The notes beneath the pieces were generated by a model. It did no database searches, had not been told where the DNA came from, and saw only the letters and a program-made list of their open reading frames with translations. Made by a program: the position numbers and the translations under genes. Source: Diplonema japonicum (Eukaryota > Protista > Euglenozoa: Diplonemea). Taken from it: a stretch of 64,000 nt of DNA. Location of the stretch: NCBI GenBank assembly GCA_964019335.1, contig OZ025715.1:372001-436000 (forward strand). The letters run 5' to 3'. Of the stretch, positions 24,845 through 35,860 are shown piece after piece (the first letter of the stretch is position 1; every line of letters starts with the position of its first letter).

Positions 24845-24893
24845 TTCGTCTGACGAACATCTTGTCCACACGGTCCAAGGGCTTACGTTGTGA
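21815..24893 (+). CDS. VPS35L: VPS35L (C16orf62), Retriever/Commander complex subunit, 5 exons
   Basis: Family motifs W..GEKVKALRIVIQSCKLL, YPSLFVL..VLDVFG.LVYDRI, KEMCRNWFYKIASIRELIPRI.VE, RGIGDPL, GRDYEAQLNFF.ECR and FCHIT|IPSI across intron 1. Introns 23906-23946, 24216-24269, 24556-24621, 24778-24842 keep the frame. Confidence 0.92.
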
Positions 24894-25324
24894 GGTCTCC
24901 CTCCCCCCCGCGGGCATTATATTTTTCATTAGTGTTCCCCCCCCTCCCTGTTTTTTAGTTCTGTACCTCTTTCCTTTTTTTCTCTTTTCTTTCCCGCACC
25001 CCCCTTTTTTTCTCGTGGTGTTCTCTTTTGTCTCACCATATGTTTCAAAGACTTGACCCCTCCCGTGTGTTTGTGGTGTGTGGGTTGTTCCTTCTTGTAT
25101 GAGATAGGGTGTGAGGGATCGGAAGAGGGTAAGAGGGGGGGGGGGGGGGTTAAAGAATTGCCGTGTGGCGTCGCTTTCTACTGGGGTGCTCTCCCTTTTC
25201 TCTCCCCACAACGCGTTCCCCAACGTTTGGACGCAGGTTCGCAACAACTGTTTGGTTTTCTTTTTTTTTTTTTTTTTCCTTTCCGTTTTTCATTTGTGTA
25301 AACCACACCCGCAGGAACAGCAAG

Positions 25325-28300
25325 ATGAGAAACATCATTCTGCTAGCGCTTGTGTCATGTGTGAGTGGTTCGACACCACCGGGTGGCATGTGTGACGACT
25401 CGTGTCTTCACGGCGGGCTCAACAAGTGGAACCCTGATTCTGAGAGCTGTGAGTGTAACTGCCTTAACAAATGGAGCGGCCCTACGTGTGAGAATTGTGT
25501 TGGCTACGGTGGCCCTGACTGCAACGAATGTGCTGACGAAGAAGAGATCAACTACCCATCGTGCGAGAAATGCAGGGTGGAGGTGCAGTGTTCAGGTCAT
25601 GCCACAAGTGTTTCCGCGAACAGCAAAAAGGATAAGTGCGACTGCAGCTGCAAGGATGCGTGGTCCGGTGAGGAGTGCAACACATGCGACAGCTCCTCGT
25701 GCCCCGCTCATTCTACTGGTAAGCAAACCGGCAGCCTCTGCACATGCGTGTGCGAGAACTACTGGAGTGGCTCCAACTGCGACGTGTGTCCTGATGAGTA
25801 TGAGAGCGGCGACTGCCTCACCTGCGCCGCTAGCTACGTCAAAGAAGCCGACTCGTGCAGGAAGTGCACTGCCGCCAGGGACTGCAGCAACAAAGCCACC
25901 AATGTGGGCTCCAACTCCGCACGTAGCAAGTGCACGTGCTCGTGCAGCCCCGGCTACGGTGGCGACTCCTGCGAGAAGTGTGCAGACGGCTACGTTGGCT
26001 ATCCCAACTGCCAGCAATGCAGCAATTTTGACAAGTGCAACAACAACGCCGAGAGGATCACCAGTGAGGGAAACAAGTGCATCTGCCACTGCAAATTTGG
26101 CTTCGGCGGCACCACGTGCGGGGAGTGTGACGAGGGGCACATCAACTACCCTGCCTGTACAGAATGCACAACCACTAAGCACTGCAGTAGCAGGGCCACC
26201 AAGGTCACCTCTCAGGGCAACAAATGTGTATGCACCTGCAGGAATAAGTGGTCCGGGGACAAGTGCAGTACCTGCCTGGCCCCGTACGGTGGTGATGACT
26301 GCAACTCGTGCGACGAAGAACACATTGGCTACCCTAGCTGCACGCAGGTGTGTAACCTTGCTGGCTGCGGGGGGAGCAGCCTTGCTACCCGAGGGTACGC
26401 CAACAGCGCACGCACAAAGTGTACGTGCGACTGCCTTGACGACTACGAGGGCGAGACTTGCAACCAGTGCAAAGCAGGCTTGGTAGGGTCGCCGCCCAAC
26501 TGTCAGAACTGCGTCCTTGGAAGCAGTGCATGTGTTCAGGGTCATGCCTCTGATATTACTTCAAACGATGCAAGGACGAAGTGTGTGTGTGTGTGTTTGG
26601 ACAACTACGAAGGCGATGACTGCGGCAAGTGCCACGTCGGGTACATCGAGTACCCGACCTGCACCCAGTGCACTAGCAAGAAGCACTGCAGTGACCATGC
26701 CAAGTCTGTGACTTCAAACAGTGCTCAGTCAGGGTGCACATGCACATGCCGCAACAAGTACGAAGGTGCAACCTGTGCGCAATGCCCGTCGAAGTACGAA
26801 GGGGACTGCGACAAGTGCGCTTTAGGATACGTGAAGTACCCCGAGTGCAAAGAGTGCACAATCGCCGAACACTGCAGCGGCCATGCGAGTGCCGTGTCTT
26901 CGAACAGCAGGAGAACTGCCTGCAGCTGCACTTGCTCTGAGGGATATGAGGGGTCGAAGTGTAACAAATGTGCTGACGGGTACATCAACTACCCGACTTG
27001 CACTAAGTGCGACCTTGCAGCAGAATGCGGTGACAGGGCCACCGATGTGTTCTCCAACCAGGCTAGGGATACTTGCGAATGTGTGTGCAAACCCCAGTAC
27101 GAAGGCATCAAGTGTGACAAGTGTTCCCAATCCTACATTGGCACGGTGCCCGCATGCATTGAATGCAACAATGCCGACCACTGCTACGGCCATGCTGACT
27201 CGGTGAGCGCTGACGATGCCAGGATGGCGTGCAAGTGCAACTGCAAGAACTACTGGATGGAGGAGGGTAACTGCCAGACCTGCAACAGCACGTATGGTGG
27301 AGCGGACTGCGATAGGTGTGCCGACCCGAAGGGGATCCTGCCGAGCTGCAACCAGTGCAACAGCGACGAGCACTGCAACGGCCACGCTTCCTCTGCAACG
27401 CCAAAGGGCGACGGGTCGGGCACGTGTGTGTGCGCCTGCAGAAACAAATGGGAAGGCGACACGTGTAAGGAGTGCCCTGCTAAGTACGACCCGAACCAAG
27501 ACTGCAATGCTTGTGCTAACGGTCTCGTGGGCTTCCCCGACTGCAGGGAGTGCACTGTTGAAAAGGACTGCACTGGACACGCTGAATCTGTGAAAGGTGA
27601 CCCCACAGGCACTAAGTGTCTCTGTCAAGGTTCCTGGCTGTGCCCCGGAAACATCTGGAATGAGACATGCACCTGCCAGGACCCCAGCGACCAGAAGCAC
27701 TGCCCCTGCGGCGTACAGGGCTGCCAGTTCTCAGGGTCGTGCAACAATGGGTGGTCCGGTCTGAACTGCAACTACTGCCATTCGAGATTCTACGGCACTG
27801 ACTGCAACCAGTGCAACGACAACTACATCAGGTACCCATGGTGCAGATCGTGCATGGAAGGTGGGCTCGTTGCCGCTATGCAGAGATACGGGTGCCACGC
27901 TGACAGAACGTCTTCGGTTATCAGCAACTTCGACAAGTCCGACTGTCAGTGCGGGTGCAAGGCCAAGTATGAGACGGTTGATTACTCTTCTGAGCCGTGC
28001 GACAGGTGCGCATATGGGTACAAGAACTACCCTGGCTGCGAGAGGTGCGACGTGAGTCTGCACTGTGCTGGGAATGCCATCAGCGTGGGTTCTGATACCA
28101 ACAGGACCTCGTGTGTCTGCCACTGCAAGGATGGGTTCGAGAGCACCGAGAACGGGCTCCAAGGATGCGACTGCTGTGCACCAGGCCATTACGGGTACCC
28201 TGACTGTGAGCAGTGCACCATCCAGAAGCACTGCAGTGGCAATGCCATTTCCGTGATGGACAACGGTGAGTCCACGTACCCCTTGTCGCGCACTGGTTGC

Positions 28301-30073
28301 AACTGCACCTGCTACGGGATGTGGGAAGGCGAGGACTGCAGCGTCTGCCCTGCCAAGTACGCTGGGGACTGCGACCAGTGCGCACCTGGAAGGATTGTGT
28401 ACCCGTACTGCTTCGAGTGTACCGATGCGTCGCACTGCAATGGCCACTCTTCTTCGGTGGCACCCGACGCTTCGCAGCAGGCATGTGTTTGCGAGTGCAA
28501 AAACGGTTGGGGCGGCAGCCACGGGACGTGCAGATCATGTGAGTCGCCCTACAAGGGTACCGAGTGCAACGAGTGCGACAATGGAGGCAGCATGCCCGAC
28601 TGCAACCAGCAGTGCACCGTGCACAGCCAGTGCAGCAACCACGCCTTTGGCGTGAAGGAAGTAGGCGGAGAGTATGTCTTGAACCATAGTCACAACCATA
28701 CACAGGTGCCAATGCGACTGCCGACACAACTGGGAAGGCAAAGACTGCTCTGTCTGCCCACCCATGTGGGGTGGCACCGACTGCAATGAGTGCGGAAAGT
28801 ATGCGAACGTTGAGTTTCATTCACACTCACAACAGGGGTTATTTCCGTAAAGCCGACGGTGTGTGCGGCACGTGCACCAACGATGGCTACTGCAACGGCA
28901 GGGCCTGCGCCTTCGCCAACTGCGTGAGGTCGACCGCGACGGTATGTAGCCACTTAATGACCTGTACCACCTCAAATCACAGGAGTGCATCTGCGAGCAG
29001 TGCACCGGCAACTGGCAGGGCGTGCACTGCGACTTCTGCCCTGACACGTTTAGTGGGCCGAACTGCGACCAGTGTGCCGATGGCCGCACCGATTACCCGA
29101 CATGCAAGGAGTGCCAGATGGACTGCCGAGACGGGAGGGGCGAGTCCATGGGGACAGCTGCTGACGGCTCATGCTACTGCAAGTGCAAACGGGGATACTC
29201 AGGGAGGTACTGCGAAAGCTGCGCAACGAACTTCGTGGAGAAGGGCAATGCGTGTGAGTGCCCCAGTCCGTTCGACGGGCCGCAGTGCAACAAGTGCAAG
29301 CCGGGTTTCGCCGGATACCCTGACTGCTACACATGCAGTGTGGACAGACACTGCCATTCGCGCGCTGACTCCGTCTCCAGCGACGGGTACTCTTGCGAGT
29401 GTGAATGCAGCGAAAGTTGGTGCGGCATGTACGGGACGTGCAGGGCAAAGGGCGGCTACGGCTACCCTGTGGTCGACGAACCCACAACAGACAGCAAAGC
29501 AACAACAAGAACAGAGACGCTGACCCTGACCTTAACCTTGACAGCTACCGTTTCAGAAACACTGGCACCGGAGTGCGCGATGGGGTACGGGGCGGCGCCA
29601 TGGAAGAGCAGGACACCCACACCGACCCTGATCGAAGAAGAAGACGAAGAAGAAAGCATGTGGTGGTTGTGGGTTCTGATCAGTCTTGGTGTGATATTCT
29701 TGTGTTCTATGCTGATCTACGGGGCTGTTGTTAAGAGGAAGAAGAAGACCGATGAGCTTTGCGAAGTTGACAACTCCCACATTATGCTTCCTCTGCAAGA
29801 TTTAGACAAAGATGTGGAGCAGGAGCTGTACGGGGATGAGCTGCCGGAAATCGCAGAAGATGAAACTGAGGCACTGCGAGACACATATGGTGAAGGAAAG
29901 GCAGACGAGCAACCAGAAGCCTCCATCGGTAGCGTGGGCGAGATTAATGATGAAGCCTCCATGGGGAGTGCACCGCTTGATGTATGCCACTTTGATTTTC
30001 AAAAAAAAGAAAAAGAATTCTCCACCTCTAAAAAAAAAAAAAGGATGATTACGACGATCGCCGGGACGTCTGA
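25325..30073 (+). CDS. Cysteine-rich type I membrane protein with tandem laminin-EGF-like repeats, 5 exons
   Basis: Signal peptide MRNIILLALVSCVSG; ~20+ repeats of HCSGHA...CxCxC..W/Y.G..C..C..GY..YPxC; Thr-rich stalk; TM helix WWLWVLISLGVIFLCSMLIYGAVV followed by KRKKK; acidic cytoplasmic tail. Introns 28672-28705, 28799-28835, 28942-28982 restore the Cys pattern; intron 29982-30043 is less certain (unspliced stop at 30089). Confidence 0.88.
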
Positions 30074-30501
30074 GAGATCAAAATTGTGATTCTTTTTTTT
30101 TTTAAATTTTTTTTTAAACTCAGGGCTTAGTTGTCCCTTGTTTGTTTGTTTTTGTTTTTGTTTTTTTTCTTTAAAAAAAAAAAAAAAGAGAGACAAAAAA
30201 AAAGTATATATTTTTTTTAGTTGTTCATATCAAAAAAAGGAAAAAGGAGGAAAGAAGGAAGGGGGGAGGAGGGGGGGGGGGGGGGGGGGGGGGAGATTAG
30301 TAAAAGAAAAATGGAGGGCGATAATCGGGCGGGGCATTTCGTTGTTGTTATTTATGCTCCCCCCACTCCCCCCCCCCCCCCCTTGCTAATTTCCCTTTTT
30401 TTTTTAGGAAAGAAGTGTTTTTTTTTAATACCATTCTGTGTGTTCTACAATAGGGAAAAAGTACTAGAGTAGATTACCAGAGTGGGGTCTCGTTGTCTTT
30501 C

Positions 30502-30536
<35 letters not shown>

Positions 30537-31312
30537 GTAAGGCTTTATTACAGTTGCAATTTTCCCCCCTTTATCCATGCGTGATTTCATTTTGGAAAAT
30601 CCCCCTCCCCCCCCCCTTTTTTTAACATGTCTATTAGCTTGGGCATGTATTTGGCAGCTGACCCCCCCCCACCACCCTTTTTTTCTTTTTTGCTCTTTCC
30701 TTAGTTTTTTATATTTTCTTCCTTCTGGTTTTTATGTCCCCTTCCACCCCCGTGTTTCATTCTTCAATTACCCTTATAGTTAGGGAGGAGGGGATTACGT
30801 CAGTTTTTCGTATTTTCTTGTTCAACTGGTGGGGGGGGGGGGAGAAGAATTGAGGTTTCTGGTTGGGGAAATAAAAAAAAGGAGAAAAAAAAAAGAAATG
30901 AAGGGAGGGAGAGAAAAAAAGGGGGGGGGGGAGGGGTTGTTATAGAGCTTTTATGTCATGTTGTGCTTTTTTTTTTTGTTTTGAAAGACCAAGAAATTTG
31001 AGAAAAAAAAAAAAAAGAAAATGGGGAAAGCAAAAATATCATAATTTTACTATTATCCTTGTGGTAACCAAAGAAAGGGAGAATGAAAAATGGGGAAACC
31101 TACATAACAAAGACCCTTAGGTGCCAGGAAATGGAACTAGGAAATACATGGGGAGGCTGGATACTCAGATAAGGCAAAAATGGAAAAAAAAAAGTTCTAC
31201 TTTTTTTTCTTTTTTTTTTCGCCATTGCATCGCAGGTCTGTGTGTGTTTTCCCTCCCCACACCGTAAAATGGTTGCAAAGGGCGCAGATCAAGGGCCTTA
31301 CTTTTCTTTTCG

Positions 31313-31346
<34 letters not shown>

Positions 31347-32794
31347 ATGTTTCAACCCCCCCTTAAGTACTATAAATCCCTCCAATGGCGGGAACAAATG
31401 AATAAAAAGGGTTTTTTTTAAAAAAATGAAAAAAAAAAAAAAAGTGTTCCGAAAAGTAAATACCCTTGGTGACTGTTTTGGCTTGTGTAACTATACCCAT
31501 TCCCCTCCACTCACCCAAAAGTCCCTCACTCCCCTCCCACCCTCCCAGTGCTTGGCTGCTACTGGGGGACAAGAGAACCCAAGACAGTAGCTTTAGGGTG
31601 ATCACCTTCTCAAGGCTAATTCCCTGTTTTGTTCTCTCTTTTTTTTTTTTTAAAAAAAACACACACTGAATTACTATAAACATTAATAAGGGGGGAGAAA
31701 GGTGCCTTTCTCCCTCCCCCCCCCCCCCCCCCCAGGTTTTTGTCAAGAACAGATTTCTTTTTTATTTGTTGCAAGGGATCGCACTGTTTCAAGAAAGGGA
31801 TGGGGAGGGGGGAAAAAAAAGAAAATAGAAAAGAAAAAAAGAGGAGCGGAAACTATGACACAAAATCTTCCCCCCCCCCCCCCCCCCCCCGCCGCACGCA
31901 CACACTTATGCGCAACTCTCAGCCTACGAGGAGAAGAAACAACAATGGTGGAGGCGGGGACGATGATGTCATTTGTTTCTTCCCTTTTTTATTTTTTATT
32001 TTTATTTTTTTCCACTCACTTGCAAGGGAGTGCTCGCCGTAAGAAGAAGAAAAAAGTGAGACTCATACCTTTCTCAATGCCCTCAAATATTTAAAAAGAA
32101 AAAAAAAACGAAAAAAAAAAAGAACGAAAAAAAGGGGGTTAGAATAGCGTAAAATTAGATAATTAAGGTTATGAAAGTTTCAAAAAAGAAAAAGAGAATA
32201 AAAAAGAAAAATTGCTCAAGGTTTTATTTGACAACAACGGTTTTCTTTTTCTTACTTAATTCTCCTCTTCCAAGAAACTTTTGCTGAGGTATTGATTTGA
32301 AAAACTTAATTATTTAAAATACAGTAAATGGTAAAAGAGAAATAAAGGGATGAAGAGAGTGCTTTAAAAAAAAAAGAGAGGGGTTTAGAACTGTGCAAGG
32401 AACCTTGCCGGCCCTTTCTCTTCCCGTCCTTTTTTTTTCTCCCTCTTCTTTTCTTCATTTTCTTTTTCTTCATTTATTTTTCTTTCTCCTTTCATGGCCT
32501 ATTCCTCCCTTGTTCATTTTTTACTCTTTACGCCTTACTCTTTTTCTTTTCTTTTCTTAGTTCTTTTTATTTTTCACCCCCCCCCGTCTACCCCATTCCC
32601 TTCCCCCCGCCCTCCTCATATGTTCCTTCTCTCTTTTTTTTTTTGTTTCCATTGCACCCATTACCTGATATCAGCTTGGTTTGCAGAAGGAGCTGTGACC
32701 AGTACGCTATAGGCCTTCAGTGGTAGCTGGTGGACAGCGGTGGCAGTCTTTTTAACACCTTACTTACAGACACAAAAAAAAAAAAAAAAAGAAT

Positions 32795-35005
32795 ATGCAG
32801 CGGCGTGCAGCGATATGTCTGCTCCTTGCGCACCTCGTGCAGGGGAACATGATGGATGTGATTGAGAAATACAGGGTTGCGTCTAAGAACTGCCCGCTGG
32901 GTTGCGACGATTGGACGAACCACAACGCGTCCCTGTGGCACGCGGGGAAGGTGCCGAGCGATGCGGGGAGCTACTGCGCGCAGCCTGGGGCGGCTGTGAA
33001 CACGGCGTTGTACGGCGGGTGGTGCTACTGCAAGCAGCACACGGAGGAGGAGAAAGGGAAGAGGGAGGTTGGGTCGCCGCCGCCGCCGAGCTGGGACGAC
33101 ATCGGGAACGCACGGTGCGAAACGACGGTGAAGCAGTTCGGGGAGACGCCACCGGCGGGGTTCCAGTACGACACGCAGTCGGGGATGACGGGGTCGCTGT
33201 ACTACTCGAAGCAGGTGAGCCTGGACACGTGCCAAGGGCTGTGCGTGAACAACCTGACGAACTGCGACTACGTGAGCTGGGGGCACGGGGGGTGGTGCTA
33301 CCTCGCGGAGTGGTGCACGAACATGGTGCCGAAGGTGCTGGACTACGAGACGTACCACAACGGGGCGCAGCCTGTGCCGCCGGCACCGACGCCGCCTCCC
33401 AAGGACTGGGACTACTGCGTGCCGGTGGAGGGGGTGCCGGAGCAGGTGAACATCCAGATCGCGTCCGGGAACGCTGTGGTGATCTCGTGGGTGACGTTCG
33501 AGTCTGTTGCGCCCTCGGCGGCACCGACAGCGACGGTGAACGGGACGGCGCACACGGGGGTGACGCACACGCACACGACGCAGGCGCAGGACAGGGTGTA
33601 CTACATGCACTTCGTGCTGGTGGAGAAGCTGACCGCAGGGGTGTACTACTCGTACACGGTGAAGAGCGGAGGGAGCGGGGCTGCGACGAGCGAGGCCTTC
33701 CTGTTCCGGGCGCCGAAGTCTTGGGCGGCGGACGCCCCCACCACCATGGACATCTACGGGGACATGGGGGTGTACACCTACAACAACATGGAGTGGCTGC
33801 ACAAGGACTGCGTGACGGACGGGACGGTGGACCTGGTGGTGCACATGGGGGACCACGCCTACAACGAGGGGGAGGACGACGAGAGGCGTGCCGACGGCTA
33901 CATGAACGGCTTCCAGCCCACCCTTTCCAGCTGCCCTTGGCTCCCGAACGTGGGGAACCACGAGTACTACAGCGGGGCGGAGCTGAACCGCTACCTTGAC
34001 TCCACTTGGCAGAAGTGGGGACCTCTTCCGGCGACTGACCAGACGGCGGCGGCAGCGAAGGAGACTCAGAACACCACCACCACCACCACCACCAACAACA
34101 AGGTCAACAAGGAGAACAACCGCCGCTACAACGGATCGTCGTCCGCGACAAGCGCCCTCGGCTACCTCCTGTCTGCAGGGAACCACCACGGAGTCGGGGT
34201 TCACGGGGCCCTCCCCTCGAACACATCTAGGTACTTCAGCGTGAACTACGGGAAGGTGCACCTGGTGGCCCTGGACCTGAACGGCTACTACGGGACGGAC
34301 CCGTGCGGTGCGCCTTGCCAAGAGGCGCAGCTGGCGTGGCTGAAGCAGGACCTCGCGGAGGCGAACAAGAACAGGGACCAGTTCCCGTGGGTCGTGGTCT
34401 TCTCGCACTTCCCCCTGTTCTGCACTGGGTGCCAGACGAAGCAGTTCGCATCCTACTACGAGTCGAACGAGGCGGAGAAGAGCGGGAACGGGAACAAGAC
34501 GGCGGCGACGGCGTGGGGGAAGTCCCCGGCGCACCTCGCGATGCTGAAGAAGATGGGGTTCAAGACCCCCGACCTCACGGTGAAGGCAGGGTCGGACGTC
34601 ACGATCGACACCTTCGAGCCCATCTTCCTGCAGTACGGGGTGGACCTGTACGTCGCAGGCCACTGGCACTACTACGAGTCGCTGTACCCGGCGACGTCGG
34701 GGAAGGCCTCGTGCAAGACCTGCGCTGAGCCGACGCAGGACAACTTCGACAGCCCGAAGGTGACGGTGCACGTGACCTCTGGGAACGGCGGCCCTCCCGG
34801 GAAGGACAGCTTCACCGAGGACTGCCCGGGCCCCGACTGCGGCCACATCCCCGCCACCAGGAAGCAGACCACAGAGTTCAGCTACGGGAGGATCACCGCC
34901 CACAACACCACCCACCTCACCTTCCAGCAGTTTTTCAACAGCAACGGCTCCCTCTTCGACTCCTGGACAATCTACCAGCCCAACCATGGACCCTTCGCAA
35001 ACTAA
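32795..35005 (+). CDS. Secreted purple acid phosphatase (metallophosphoesterase) with Cys-rich/PAN-apple-like N-terminus
   Basis: Signal peptide; PEQVNI start of the Fn3-like domain; all five PAP metal-ligand motifs GDMG, GDHAY, GNHE, VFSH, GHWH; C-terminal VHVTSGNGG and SYGRIT. Intronless and GC-rich. Confidence 0.92.
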   Translation: MQRRAAICLLLAHLVQGNMMDVIEKYRVASKNCPLGCDDWTNHNASLWHAGKVPSDAGSYCAQPGAAVNTALYGGWCYCKQHTEEEKGKREVGSPPPPSWDDIGNARCETTVKQFGETPPAGFQYDTQSGMTGSLYYSKQVSLDTCQGLCVNNLTNCDYVSWGHGGWCYLAEWCTNMVPKVLDYETYHNGAQPVPPAPTPPPKDWDYCVPVEGVPEQVNIQIASGNAVVISWVTFESVAPSAAPTATVNGTAHTGVTHTHTTQAQDRVYYMHFVLVEKLTAGVYYSYTVKSGGSGAATSEAFLFRAPKSWAADAPTTMDIYGDMGVYTYNNMEWLHKDCVTDGTVDLVVHMGDHAYNEGEDDERRADGYMNGFQPTLSSCPWLPNVGNHEYYSGAELNRYLDSTWQKWGPLPATDQTAAAAKETQNTTTTTTTNNKVNKENNRRYNGSSSATSALGYLLSAGNHHGVGVHGALPSNTSRYFSVNYGKVHLVALDLNGYYGTDPCGAPCQEAQLAWLKQDLAEANKNRDQFPWVVVFSHFPLFCTGCQTKQFASYYESNEAEKSGNGNKTAATAWGKSPAHLAMLKKMGFKTPDLTVKAGSDVTIDTFEPIFLQYGVDLYVAGHWHYYESLYPATSGKASCKTCAEPTQDNFDSPKVTVHVTSGNGGPPGKDSFTEDCPGPDCGHIPATRKQTTEFSYGRITAHNTTHLTFQQFFNSNGSLFDSWTIYQPNHGPFAN

Positions 35006-35860
35006 AAAAAGGGGAGGGTATTTCTATTTTTATTTTTGATTTGAAATTCTCTTTTTTTTTAAGAATAAACGACGCAAGTCCTTGAGTATTACTCTTTTCC
35101 GCCTTGTTTCCCCCTTTCCGTCCGTTCCTTTCCCTCTCATCTCTTTTGTTTTTTACACCACTTTCACGTGACACGCCTGCTGCGTGGGAGTGGTGGACTT
35201 TCTTCGCTGGAAAAGCGTTCTCCCTCGCAAAGGAATGCGCTTTTTCTTTTTTTCGCACGTCATTTTTGTTTTCTGGAATATCTAGAACTTCACTTCGTAC
35301 TTCCCCTCTTCCCTTTCCGGCGGTGCGCCCAGCACCACTTAACGTGTTTGCAATCCTGTGGAGGGGTACCACAACGTTCTTCGCTGGAATGAAGGTACAA
35401 TCAACACCCCCACAGATGTGAACTGCCCTATGCGTGAGAAACGTTGCTGTGACTTATGATACCGGTACCTACTCATGTTGATGTTGCTGTGCTACCATGT
35501 CATAGAAGAATTTTAAAAGAAGAAAGAAAAATAGAACAAAACCTTAAGACGGAAGGAGGGGGGGGAGAAAGAAACGAAATGTCTGACTGTCACATTTCCA
35601 CGATAATAATGAGGGGGGAAGGAGAAAAAAGAGGAAGAAAAAAAAGTTTTCCTTTTCCTCTTATATTTCTTTCTTTTTTAGGCGATCCTGTCACATACTG
35701 CAGGTTCCCTTCAAAGATATCTTTTTTTCGTACAAGTACGGGAACATTTGCCGATTGTGACTTTTTATCCCCCCCCCCCTCCATTTCCGATCTTTGGTGT
35801 AATGGCCTTGTTGTTATTTCTTGTTCTCTTTCCATCTTTTACCTTTTCTCTCCACAGGGA

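Noticed and set aside
32717-34987. 756-aa minus-strand ORF, and likewise the 1000/1040-aa ORFs at 46235-49237 and 53838-56960
   Set aside because: Antisense shadows of GC3-rich genes (phosphatase, GH116). Arg/Val/Pro-rich with no motifs; the absence of stops is explained by codon bias.
35160-35500. GC-balanced islands that could be small genes or transposon relics (also 31466-31630, 53400-53730, 57330-57800)
   Set aside because: No sustained ORF, recognisable motif or second copy visible; left uncalled.
35456-35860. N-terminal extensions of listed ORFs (also 25163-25324, 57835-58119, 19548-19688)
   Set aside because: Low-complexity, pyrimidine-rich sequence upstream of an acceptor-like AG; the downstream ATG is the more plausible start.
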